Source: Epiperipatus broadwayi
Lineage: Eukaryota > Animalia > Onychophora
Length of the DNA: 64,000 nt
NCBI GenBank assembly: GCA_028023455.1
Contig: JAQFVV010000003.1
Span: 13,702,001 to 13,766,000, forward strand
Reading direction: 5' to 3'
Made by a program: the position numbers and the translations under genes. The notes beneath the pieces were generated by a model. It was not told the origin of the DNA. It saw only the letters and a list, made by a program, of their open reading frames with translations, and did no database searches. Shown piece after piece: positions 38,113-50,871 of the stretch. Every line of letters starts with the position of its first letter. Positions within the stretch are counted from its first letter, which is position 1.

Positions 38113-38744
38113 GTAAGAATCAAAATTTGATTCTTTGCCTGCATACAATTGCATGAGGTATATACACAATCACTGTGGCTATCACCACACACATACCACT
38201 TGAAATCTCTCTTTATTGGTTTTAAGTGTTTATATTTTCACATGATACTATGCCCAGTAAATTTTGTGATTGCTTTATCAACTGCAACCTTTCTGTACAT
38301 CTGATAATCAATCTTAAAATTTACATTTCACTACTCTTTAATTATTATATATAAAAATTATTACTTGTTATACAAACACAGACATGCACGTGCAAACAAA
38401 CACATTAATATAAATATAAACACACTAATAAATTATTAAACTTTTTGAGAATCATTATGTCTGTAAAATAAGATTGCCTCAAACTTGGATCAGAGCTGCA
38501 AATTACATTGTACATAAATCACTTTTGTTATATTTGAATACAATTATATTGTATAATAAAGAGCATAACTGATTTAATATTATATAATTTATATACTACA
38601 CAGACACACCAATACAAATGCAAACACATTAATAAATTATACCATTTATCAAATAATTAAAAAAAATTAAAATACTATTCAAATAGTTAAAAAATTAAAA
38701 TTGAATACTTATGACCTGATATTTTGATTATGTTTTTATCAGGA

Positions 38745-39230
38745 TAAAGACCTTGAAATGCGAATCATCACCGCATTTTTAATCCATTTTAGTAACAAGT
38801 CTGGCTGATAAAGAAATTTGGCCTTTGTCTTCTTCATGCAATCTAGTAAACTGAGCAGAAAAAAAAAATAAATGAACCTATTAATAAAAAATTCAAATTT
38901 TGTCTGATTTCAACTTGCGATATGTCATTTTAAAGAGGAAGTCAAGGAATAGCGACTTATGGGATTTTTATAAATATCATGCATATAGTTTTCCTACAAT
39001 TTTAAAAAAAAAACAAAATTTCATTGAATCAGATGCCATTAATGGCTATCACTCTACAACCGCTCAACCCAATAAAATCATATCTTCATTGGATTAGTCA
39101 TGTAAAATGAATGAATGATGTCAGACTTCCTAAAAAATTAATTTATGATGAACATCATAGAAAAGATAAATCCTCATTGATCTCAAAGACACTCTAAAAA
39201 AGTGCAATGGTAATCATTTAATAGGCACTC
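38745..39230 (+). pseudogene. RTE-type LINE 3' fragment
   Basis: DKDLEMRII.A...QVW and HLHWISHVK*MNDVRLPKKLIYDE match the RTE C-terminal pattern LRW.GHV.RM.D.RLPK.L.Y.E. Confidence 0.6.
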
Positions 39231-40124
39231 TGAGATGTTTTTACATATCTGGAGAAATAACCAAACAGCAATCGAACCCTATTGAAAATACTAAGTGATA
39301 AATGTGATGTATAGATATTGTTTTGCAGATTTAGATTAAAGAACAATCAGAAAGAAATAGTAATAATTTACTTTGTGATTTTTATTTCCTGCTAAAATCT
39401 CAAGACTCTAATACTCAACACCTGTGTAAGCACAAAAAATCTAACACAAACTTGATCTGAAATTGTTGATAAATCCTAAAAAGAAAAGTAGATGCTTCAC
39501 TTAATCAAAAATAGTGCTAAATCCTAAAAGAAAACAAAATCAAGAAAATTGATCTAAAAAGAGAGGTAAACCCAAACAAGAACATTTTTACAAACTAACA
39601 AACACTGCTCATAACTTTGCTACCTACATTACTTATCAATAATATGTTTCTCAAAAAATTGCACAGGCAAGCCATCGTCAGTGAGGACAACATTGTGACA
39701 TTTCTATGACAGCATGATCTCAATGATGTTTGTCAAGAAAATGAAAAGCACAGTCTCTGAATTATTATAGATGCACTTGGACTATTGAAAAATGTGGTGT
39801 CAAAATAGTAAAAGCCATCTGAACCTCTTTGTAATTTTCCTTCAGAACCATTCACTCTATCTGCTAATAAAAAAAGATTCACTTTTTGTCTCCTTTGTTG
39901 TTCATAGTCTTTTTTAAAATTGTGTTTTCTTTTTTATAATCAACAACAAAAAAAAAAAAAATAGTTTTTTGTTGGCTAAAATTCTGTAAAGTTTTTTTAC
40001 TATCTGTTCAATGGAGTGTGTGTTTTTTTTTATTTAACAAAAAATACTATTGTTCTTTAAAACTGTCTAGTCTTCTATCACCTGTCCAATGTAGTATTAT
40101 TTCAATAGTATACAGTAAATAATT

Positions 40125-40240
40125 ATTTTTTATCCATATGTTTTAGCATTGGCTGGGAAGCAAACCATGACAATCATCTGCAAGCAACTGCTTACTTGCA
40201 AGACAGCTGCGCTGACCTCTCGGCTACCAAATGCTTGACT
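40125..40240 (-). mobile_element. tRNA-derived short SINE copy
   Basis: Minus strand reads GTCAA-GCATTTGGTAGCCGAGAGGTCAGCGCAGCTGTCTTGCAAG...CCCAGCCAATGC-TAAAACATATGG-A-rich, with an imperfect flanking direct repeat AAAAATA(G/A)T(C/T)ATTTA. Confidence 0.7.
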
Positions 40241-40324
40241 AAATGACTATTTTTACTTTATTTGGTTTCAAAAAATAAAATAAAAAATCACATGACATCT
40301 ATTATATATGTTTTTAAATTTTCT

Positions 40325-40483
40325 TTTGTAAACTCAAAACAGGGGCAAAAAATAACATTTATCATTTCAAAATGGTGGGATATATTTGAAATCAAAAACT
40401 TTAGATAATATTCTTTCAAAATATATATCCCACCATTTTGAAATGATAAATGCTATTTTTTGCCCCTGTTTTGAGTTTACAAA
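40325..40483. repeat. Inverted repeat with ~70-bp arms
   Basis: TTTGTAAACTCAAAACAGGGGCAAAAAATAACATTTATCATTTCAAAATGGTGGGATATAT is mirrored almost perfectly at 40414-40483. Confidence 0.85.
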
Positions 40484-41529
40484 TAAATAAAAACATTAGC
40501 TTTAAAGTTTTTAATAGTTTATTTTTTGCTAGTTTCCAATGTAATATTGTTTTAATAACATATACAATAAAATTATTTTAACTTCATTTGTCCCCCCCCC
40601 CCCAAATACATAGAACACATTATTTCTATTTACTGGGGAGGGGTCATTTATTGCTTAGTATTTCAATAGTGTTTGGTAGTTCCCCTAGCTTTATAAAAAA
40701 TCCCAGAATGCATATTAAATAATTAAGAATTGCAATTTTGATTGCTTTCATCAGGAAAATATGACTGAAGATAGAATATAATGGAGATCACAAGGTACTG
40801 AAGTCTCTCAGAAAGAAAAATTGTTGCAGAAGTTAGAAGAGAGCCTCACAATATATCAAAACCAGAATAATGAACGAGGTTGCTCTATAAGTCATGTTTG
40901 TGGTCCACAAATTGGTTTGTATTTTTATTGCAAAACTCATCTCTAGTGAATTATTGTTATTATTTGTAGCCTGAATGATTTAATGTAGTAATAGAGTGAT
41001 GAAGTCTGGAGTTCAAGACTCCATACATTGTGGCTCCAGTTCTGTCTCAATTCAGTGACAGAATTTCTTATGATCTCCAGAGCAGTAGACCATTAGATTT
41101 ACTGACATTATTATGATTTGCCTGAGTTTTTATCATTTCTTTTCCTTCCTGGAATTGGAATGAATATTAATTGATTTTTAACTCACTTTTGAGAAAATTA
41201 AATAAATGACATTTTAAACAAGAAATATGATTTAATATAATATAAAGGGACTGAAATAGGATGTTGCCTCTCAACCTACATTATTTAAATTAAATTTAGA
41301 AAAAGCTCCTTAATATACGAAATTTGTAAGAAAATGTATATTCTTCTACATAATAATAAAATGCTATACATTGTGTTAGGCTGATGACCAAATAATTATA
41401 CCTCTGAATCATGAAGTTTTGAGCTGTATGAAACTAAAAAATTAATAGAGAAATATAGATAAAGGGGCATGTAAATAAATATAACAAAAACAAAAAAAAA
41501 CATGTTTATTGGAGATTTACAATAGAATA

Positions 41530-42190
41530 TATCAGAGGATGGAATGTGAGGAATATAAGTATCTAGGCATGAAAATCACATAAAAGAAAACAACAGTTAA
41601 AGCTATAAAAAATGTACTAAGAAAGAACAGCCACAGAGATATTAAGTGGAATAAGAAGAATATATCAAAAATCCAAAAAAAAAAAAAGCTGAATATAAGA
41701 TATAATAGTAAAAAATATCATTCAAACAAGGCAAACCTCTCCATACAGTGTATAAGAGAGATGGTGATCATGTGATGTTTATGGGTTTAAAAAATATCAT
41801 TACATATGGAAGTGAAGTTTGTCAATTGAAGGAAAGAGAATACTGAAATGGATTATTGGTGAAAATCTGCAAGAAGGTTAAAGAGAGCTGCACAAGCCAT
41901 AAAAAAAAAAAATGAAATGATTATTGAACACACACTATAATAAATGATATCAAAACAAGATAACTGGAATGGTATGGACACATACAGATGATGTCTCACT
42001 ATAATTTATCAAAACAAATATTAAACTGGATATCACAAAGTAAAACAGAGTGTGTCCAAAAAAGAATTGGAAAGACGGAATGGAATAGATGAAGAAATTA
42101 GATATAGAAATTTGCAAGATTTATGGATGAACAGAGACACGATAATTGCGAATCGGAAGAAATCATAGGTCGATAAAGAGAAGACATTCT
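41530..42190 (+). pseudogene. RTE-type LINE 3' fragment
   Basis: CEEYKYLG, ITYGSEV, TEMDYW and LEWYGHIQMM...KQILNW...PKKNWKD motifs in shifted frames. Confidence 0.75.
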
Positions 42191-43769
42191 AAAAATATTG
42201 CTTAGACAGATTTTTTTTTTTGTAATTTCTAACATTAACTATGTGTTCTTTCATTAAGTATAAAACATAAAAATTCATTTTTTATTTTCCTTTATATGAA
42301 AACAAACCGGGAGAAAATCTGACCCCCCCCCCCATATCCAAACAAACTTATGAGTTTTCTCTTCACTAGGTATTTTGTAATTTTTTTGTAAAATTAGATT
42401 ATGCCATGCCAGTTATACACATATAGATATAAAATAATTACTGATAAACTAATAATTTGAAGTATTAAATTTTAAATCTCGGTAACTTTGAAATATAAAT
42501 AACAAAAAAAAAACACAATTCTGTTTACATGATATATATATAAAAAAAAGTCATTTTTTTTAAAAAAATGTGTGGGTTAAAAATTCAACTTCATTTATTA
42601 ATTAATACCGCTGGAGGGCGGCTACATTTCATAAATATAATAATGGCATGCAGTAGTTAAAGTTAACTTTGACATTTTTCTCGACTAAGTTAAAATACTG
42701 GTTCACCAACAACTTAATGTTTTATTAAAACTGATAATTAGAAGGCCAGACAATATCATCTCAGGTAAAGTGGGGGTGGACAATGTAGGAAGAATGGACT
42801 TTTCCAATCTAATAATAAGTGCATATCATTGCATCATATCTGGCTGGTTGTTGGAGTGAAAAAAATCTATCAGTTGAATTATGGGATTGTTAAGGTGGGA
42901 GTAATCATTAATGATGACATTAAACATTTAAAAAAGAAGTACCTCACCCAACATATATCATGAATTCCTGCCACTAACATCAGTTAGCCACACCTTTTTA
43001 AGACGGCTAGGAGTGGAAGGAAATGGTTTGGTCAGAATGGACAGGTGTGGCCAGATCACAAATGTCCAAGCCCGTTTTTAAGAGAAAGATATTTTGAGGT
43101 CACTTTTAAACAACTTCATTCTCGTACATAGTTAAAAAAAAAAAAAATGTTTTCCTCATTCAAATCCCAGAATGCATCATTAGAAGAGACTAGTGATTCT
43201 TTCATAAAATTAAAAGATTAAAACATAATAATGAACTAGAAAAATAAATACTTAATATACGTTTAATTTTTTATTTATTTGGCACATATTGGAAACATTT
43301 GAATACACACACACAGAAAGATGAGCAAAATAGTGTCACTACAAATTAATCAAATTTTTATTTTTTTGAGAGTTTATAAGTTTGCTACTTTCAATACAGA
43401 GCAATAACGCTTTGAACAATTGCAGTAGCAGAAGAATGCAAATTATTGAGTAGCACCATATTTATCTATAGAAAATACATATGCAAAGATTAATCAATAT
43501 TCATTACAAATACTATGAAAATTATTCGCTAATTATAGATTATTTATTAGTCACTACCTCCGATACCAAACTACTAAAAAGAATTGAATTTCACAATTAC
43601 TAAAAGTAAACGGCCAATACATAAAAAATAATTCCTCGTTATTTTCATTAGAAATTAAATACGGATATACATATTAGCATACCTCAATGGCTTTAGATAA
43701 TGCTACTAATGTTATACTTTGTTTTTCTAATGCAGCAATCATTTTTTTAACATCAAATAGTATCTAGAG

Positions 43770-44641
43770 CAGTGGTGCCCAACCTTTAACTTGACGCGAG
43801 CCAGTTGAGAATTTAAAAACATTTGGGGAGCCACAATTATATATTACATTTTTCATATTACATTTATAAACATGGTACTTGGGTACTAAACCTGCAATGT
43901 AGGGAGATAGGTGGGGGAGGGGGGGCTATTCACATTGGTATCAATCCGCCGTTTCTAATGTGGCCAAAATAACGTGTACACGGATCTTTCTCGATGAAAA
44001 CATCAATATATACAGCAAAATATATATGTGTACACGAATCTATCTCGATAAAAACAACTATTTACAGCACTAAACATCAATATATATATATACAGCAAAA
44101 TATATACGTGTACACGGATAAAAACAACTGTTTACAGCACTAAACATCGATATATACAGCAAAATATATACGTGTACATGGATCTATCTCGATAAAAACT
44201 ATTTCCAGCACTAAACACAATATATATACAGCACCAAACCAAACGTCTACAAGGATCTTTCTCGATAAAAACAACAATATATACAAGAGCACTAAACACA
44301 ATATATATATAGCACCAAACCAAACGTGTACAGCAAAAAAAAAAAAAAAATGGTGTAATATGTTAAAAAGAAAAAAAAATGTAAATACATTTTATTTATT
44401 AAAAATTTGGTAACATACATATAAATTACAATTACAGGAAAAATATATTTTATTTAATGTGAAACCTGACACTGCATATCGTTATTGTTTGTATTGTAAA
44501 AATGTTTATTTTTTAGTGTGTGCATGTGCCATCAAGGAACATAAAATATTTTATCAATTTTTTTGAAGAGTGCAATTCGAGCCACATTAAACAGTTACGC
44601 GAGCCACATGTGACTCGCGAGCTACGGGTTGGGCATCCCTG
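43770..44641. mobile_element. hAT-type MITE (872 bp) with an internal minisatellite (about 43970-44335)
   Basis: TIRs CAGTGGTGCCCAACC and GGTTGGGCATCCCTG. Perfect 8-bp TSD ATCTAGAG (43762-43769, 44642-44649). Internal degenerate repeats of ACGTGTACACGGATCT.TCTCGAT(A/G)AAAAC and TACAGCACTAAACA. Confidence 0.9.
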
Positions 44642-46420
44642 ATCTAGAGCATAAGTATTTGGATTTCTTTATCAAAATCAATCTCGAGATGTTTACCACT
44701 AATAATTTCCTGGCTAAAAGGATGCCAATAAATATTTGTAGGACATCTGGGTTATATATATAAAAGAAAAAGTTATCGAGCATCTATCTATTTCACTGAC
44801 TTCAAATTAATAACAATTACAAGAAAAAACTTTCTTCTTGTATGAGAATAATGATTTTCCTAGTCTACACTGTATATTGTGTAGGAGAGCATTTAGTTTA
44901 ATTTTACCTCAAGCTTTTCATAATCTCTTTTTTTTTTTTTTGTCTCAACAAAATCAAAACAAGGGACAAAACCCTAACTTCCCTAACATCAACCTACTTT
45001 GCCTGTTCTCTTATAAATTCAAATTTAAAGTTTTATTGTTATAAAATTCTGAAATTTATTATAACCACTATGTAATTAATTGAAGTCATTCATCTAGATA
45101 CATATACATTTCTATTTTACGTAAATTTCATGCTTAACTATGTACTTTCATGTAAATAATTCATATAGTTAAAATTAAAACAAAAACACACATACATTTA
45201 CCCAAACGAAAATCATGGGCTCAGTGCTCAAAGCACTATGAAAGCTTATCAGTGGTAAATCATAATCCTATTTTTTGTTATTGTTGTTTTAGTCAGCATA
45301 TAGACACTTATTTGCTAAATGGAGTCTTTATTTCCTAGCTAATAGTAATTTATATAGCTATTTACTCTTTAATAATAATAGAGCTAACTGGACTGATTAC
45401 AAACGGACTACTTGGTAAGAGATGGAGGGAGGAAATTTTAAATCTGCTTGGGGCTGAAAAAACTGTATGATATTACATAGGGCTATTTGTGTTTAGAGAA
45501 ATCAATATATATATTTAAAAATATTTTTATAGATTCAAAGAATTATTATTTAGAATTTAATTGGCTGCAATATTTAATATACTTAGCTTTCCACATTTTA
45601 ATCAAAATGTTTATAACACTAGATGCAAAAAAAAAGTTATCTCAATAACAGAAATCAAGATTTACATATAAATAACAATAGCTCACTAAGTTTTCAAAAT
45701 ATTGTCTTAGAAAAAATTCTTAATCAGTGTAAAGAGTACATGTATCACATTTTTTGACTATTTTCATCTTTTCCTGTGTCCATTAAAAGTGGTACTTGTC
45801 ATCATTGTCATTAGCAATCACTCCTAAATGAGTATAGGCATTCATCTCCAGAAAAAAAAAAAACTACCAGAAAGAAAGTCAAAACAAAAAGGGCAGAAAA
45901 AAAAGAGTGTGTGGAGGAGAAATTGAAGTCGCAACTGCTACGTGTATAGTTAAAAGATAACTGCTGTACAAACTCATAATTGCATTATCACAGTTAATAC
46001 ATAGACATGAACAATAGCATACTAGACTCGCAATGACCGGGCTTACTTAAATGACTACAGACAATATGAAAAAATAAAATAAAATCAGAGAAAAAAATAA
46101 AGATGATTAATTTAGCTATAAATATTAGTAATAGGTAATACTTGAATTCTCCAAGATCTAAATTAAATAATCCCACATAGAATTTATTTATTTAGTATAT
46201 AATTTTTAAAAAAAAAGATTTCTGGACATTCACAATCAGTATAAAGAAATTTATAGAGATTCCAATCAAGAGATAAGTTTTAGTTATTTGAGAGGGATAG
46301 CTGGGTTTGAAGACATGTAGATGTCTGAAAATTTCTCATTTTCCACTCAATAGATAACTTTTAGTTAAATGCTGGCTTTGGATTGGTATTTTTAGATCTA
46401 GTGTTTGAACCTACCCTGAC

Positions 46421-46463
46421 ACCTCTCTGAGGAGTGCCAAAGCATGAAACCATGGTCAGGGGT
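46421..46463 (+). ncRNA. Minimal type-I hammerhead ribozyme, core intact (PLE type)
   Basis: ACCTCT CTGAGGA GTGC-CAAA-GCAT GAAAC-CATG-GTC AGGGGT: 6-bp stem I with one G-U, stem II, palindromic stem III ACCATGGT, GUC triplet (predicted cut after 46457). Confidence 0.85.
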
Positions 46464-46982
46464 TTGGGGAGGGGTTCCTGACAGAGATATTTTAAGTGTT
46501 GGCTCTGGCTAAGCATTTAACACAAAGCTTGTAGAGGAATTGGCAATCCTCATTGTTTTATAACTTACAAGCTTAAGAGATAGGGTCATGTGATCTATGA
46601 CTCTTATTTTGACTATTAAGAGATAGGTTTATTTATGGTTCTATTTAATTTCTCAATTAAATAGAAATTAATTTACAAGTAAATTGGATAGATCATTTAC
46701 CAAATAAATACTCGATCAGATTAAATTTCAACTTTGCTGGAAACAATGAATGATAAGTTTGAAATAGTCTTATTTTAGCCTCATTATGAGATGATTTATT
46801 CATTAGAAAAGTTTGTAGTGCACAGACAGGGAAGAAAAAGATGAATAGTCATTGATAAGATTGAAAAATCAGATACAATTATTCCAAAGAAATGCCACTA
46901 ATATCATTAGATAAATCAAGAATCTTAACAGTGGCTAATAATTTACTTCAAGTACATGACTTATAGTAAACAAGCTATCTAT

Positions 46983-47091
46983 GTCTTGCATTGGTGGTCG
47001 AGAGGTCAGCGTGACTGCCTTGCACTTGCAGGCAGTTGACCGGGTTGCGGGTTCGCGTCCCGGCCGATGCTATGACACTTAAAAAAAAAAA
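46983..47091 (+). mobile_element. tRNA-derived short SINE copy (CpG-rich, young)
   Basis: tRNA-like body 46988-47070 (GCATTGG...CCGATGC acceptor stem, GGTTCG B-box, expanded anticodon arm CTTGCACTTGCAG). Trailer TATGACACTT, 11-nt A-run, TSD CA(A/C)GCTATCTAT. Confidence 0.85.
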
Positions 47092-48847
47092 CACGCTATC
47101 TATCCAATAATGGTCAGTAAATGGGTAGCCATCTATTCTTAGATATTCTAGAATGTGTTGGTTTGGTCAAATGATTATCAATGCACTAAATAAAAAAATG
47201 TGATGCAACCTTTAGAGATTGCTTGACAAAGAAGTGTAATAATCTGATAGATACTAAGCCCATGATTATCATTTTAATAATATTAAAATAAGTTTTGATC
47301 AAACATTTTCAATAAAACTTATTGCTATTATATTTCTCTAAAATAACTACTGTTATAATAATTTCTTTAAAAAAAAATCTCATAAATTAGCAAAAGTAAT
47401 TCTAGCAAGATTATATAGTATTTACTTTTGAATAATAACACTATAACATGTATTTTATTTTTAATGGGTAAAAAGCATAATATTTAATTTCTCTTTTTAA
47501 ACTTTTGTCAACAAGAATTATATATAGCAAAGCTAATTAGCAGAAATTCCAAATTAAAAATAAAAATAATATATTGATTCACAGCATGTAATATATTTAA
47601 AATTTAAGCCATATAAAAAAACGTGTCATATACAGAACTATGCTCAAAATAACACAACACTTGAATCAATGGCCTTGTTTGAAATATCAAAATGTCAACC
47701 TACATTCCTTTATAATATATAGACACATATTCATGTTATAAACAAAAGTCATTCTCTACTATAGCACCATCTATAATAAATTGAAGCAATCAATGATTAT
47801 CAGATGGTAGTACAGTTAAAGTCCCATACCTATTGTGGGTTTTTTGGTCATTATCAATGGCAACTTGGGATTCAAAACTACTATGTCTCTGGAAAATATT
47901 TTGAACTTTCTTTATATGAAAAGTATATATATTTGTGTATGTGTATTGATATATATTAGCAATAGGATTATCAATTAGAATATGTGCCCACATTTTAATT
48001 AAAAAAGAAACAAAAGGATAGCTTCTGAATTTATATAAAATAAAAAACACCTTAAGGAAAATGAATAATAAAGATTGTGGTATTTCTTCTTTCTTACTTT
48101 ATTTAACTTCAAGCAAAAATAACTAGATATTTATTTATTAAGCAAAAGCTAGATTGACTTCCCTCACACAAAATATTTCCATCTTATAATGTACACATTT
48201 TCAGTCGTATATAAGAACACAATCTTTAAGATAGATTTTATATACTACTGCAAAAAATTATAAGGTTTGAAATTTGAAAACAAAGAACTTGAAGTTTAAC
48301 ATACAAGAAGCATTGTCATAGTTAAAATATTCTTTAAATATATATTTATTCAATAGTGAAATTTTACCTTAAATGATATCCATGTAAGTGGCCAACAAAC
48401 AATTTATTTTAAACACAATGTATCAGATGAATATCATACAAATAAAAACAGATAAATATTTCTAATAATTTAAAAATATTTTTGTAAACCAACAAAATAA
48501 CTTCTGGTTAATAAAATTTTTTGAATGACTAATGAAAGCTGCATTTCTAGATATTTAGAAATAAGCACTCCCTCAAAACTGATTTGGATCAAGTCTTCAT
48601 AAGTGAAGGGTAAATATTATGATAGACGAAGTAATGATTGATTAATATTGTGTATGTTATGACTTCTGCTTACTTAATTATCAGCAAGGATGACCTTGTA
48701 TTTCCTTTTGCAAAAAAAAACAAAACAAAACAACAACTTCATTGAATGCATTAAAAAACAAACAAACAAAGGATAAAAAACAAAACAAAACAACCAAGTT
48801 ATTCATTTTCCTGAGTTAGATACTATAAAAAATATAATGGTAAGTTT

Positions 48848-50860
48848 ATATATATACCAGCCATTATCAATCCACTGCAGGATGAAGATGTCTCCAAATT
48901 TAATATGCTATCTCAAATCTTTAACTTCTGTCCTCCACATCATCCCAGTGCAATTCTTTATTTCATCCATCCATTTCACATGTTGTCTCTTTCTAGGTCT
49001 TTTACAATCTCTTGGAATTCAGTTTAAGATTTCAACTACCCACCTATAAATCATATCTTCCAGCAATAGGTCCAGCCCAATTCCACTTCAGTCTCTTTAA
49101 CTTTCAATGATATCAGTAACATATTTATTCTCTCACCATGTATTTCATTTTCAATATCTTCTTGTTACTCCTAATATGTATCTTTCTATACTTCGTCAAA
49201 TGATCTGATGTCTTGGAATTGCCTTTCTGTTAAGTGTCCAAGTCTCAGATTCATAAGTAAGAACTGATAAAATACATTTATTAAAAACCTTCCTTTTCAA
49301 ATACATAGGCATATTACTTTTTAATATTAAATTATTTCTACCAAAAGTACTCCAACCAAGTTTAATTCTATGAATAATTTCATTCATTATGTTTCCATCA
49401 ATTGTAATAATCTAATCAAGATATTTATAATTGTTAACTTCTTTTAATTCATCATTATCAATCTTTATTGACTTCTTTTAAGAAAATCCATTGAACATTG
49501 CTTTAGTCTTTTTAATCTTTACCTTTAATTCTATTTTCTTACTTTCATCTGATAACTGTTGCAATTTCCTGAAGCTCTAAAACATTATTTGCAAAAATAA
49601 TTACATCATATGCAAAATCTAGATGACTTAAATAATTTACATTTATTTTTATTCCCTTAGCTTCCCATTTTAATCCATAAAATATTTCTTATAAAACTGC
49701 TACAAAATGTTTTCAAGATATGGAGTTACTGTGTCGTACACTTCTCAATGTTAATCTTCCTATTATTATTATACAAGCTAATTGTTGCTGTTGCATTTTT
49801 GTAAATATCCTTCAGACTATGACTATATCCTGAGTATATACCTTGATGAGCCAATGTTTAATCACTGAAGAAATGTTTATAGAATTAAATGCCTTTTCAT
49901 AATCTATAAATACAAAGCTTAATAGCAACTTATATTCATTGATCCTTTCTATAAGTTCTCTCACTACTTGGATATGATCTATTGTACTAAAATCATTTTT
50001 AAATCCAGCTTGTTTTTTGGGTTGGTTAAAATCCAAAGTTCATTGCAGACGAGTTGTAATTATCTTGGTAAAAATTTTGTATAGAACTGATACATTTGTA
50101 ATTTCTAATATCTTTTTTTTCTTCCAATCATCTGGTACATGTTTATTATTTAATCATTTGGTATATATCTTTGTCTAAAAAATTTTCTATTTCTTCACCT
50201 GCTTTTTTTAAAATATCGATTACAATTCCATAATTACCTGGGACTGTTACCTTCTTCATAGATTTAATTGCATTTCTCATTTCTTCAATTAAAATTCTGG
50301 ACAATTCAGAAGATGTAGTAGTTATAGAAGATACTTTTCTTTGTTCTTTATTGCTACATAATTTTTGACAGAACTTTGCTACATACTTCATGATGTCATC
50401 TCTTTTTAATAATAGTTCCATCTTTTTTCTTATTGCAGAAATAAATTTCCTATTAATAGCAAAATGTTGTTAATCATGAAACTTTTATTTTCTTCTACAG
50501 CTTTCCTTGTTAGTTCACAATTATACTTTCTTATATCATTATAAATTCTTTTTCCCCACCATTTTACAAAATTCAAAGATATTCAATCTTTCTTAATGCA
50601 TTATTTTTATATATTTTCATATTCCTTCTTCATAAATTATCTCTTCTCTTTGTTGCAGTTTTTAAAAATATATAAGTTATCTTCCTATTGGTGTCCTTTA
50701 AATCTACATCATGTTCAAAATCTGTTAATATTTGAAAATAATTTGTAAGTTCTAATTTAAATTCATATAAGGTTCTCTGGTTGAAAGCGAGTTGATTAAC
50801 TAGGCAGTGTAGATTATAGTTGAATAATAATGCAATTTGTTCAAGCACCTTATATATTTA
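48848..50860 (-). mobile_element. RTE-clade LINE, 5'-truncated, degenerate ORF2 (RT)
   Basis: ORF fragments EEMRNAIKSMKKVTVPGNYGIVIDILK, QPKKQAGFKNDFSTIDHI...FVFIDYEKAFNSI and EIIHRIKLGWSTFG...KRKVFNKCILSVLTYESETWTL occur in RT order. TA-rich 3' tail at about 48848. Confidence 0.92.
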
Positions 50861-50871
50861 GAAATAAATTA

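Noticed and set aside
42740-43120. Possible Tc1-like fragment (GRKWFGQNGQVWP)
   Set aside because: Only one weak motif, with no TIRs or further support.
43770-44641. CRISPR-like or prokaryotic repeat interpretation of the internal repeats
   Set aside because: No constant repeat with unique spacers and no cas genes; the context is eukaryotic and the repeats sit inside hAT TIRs.
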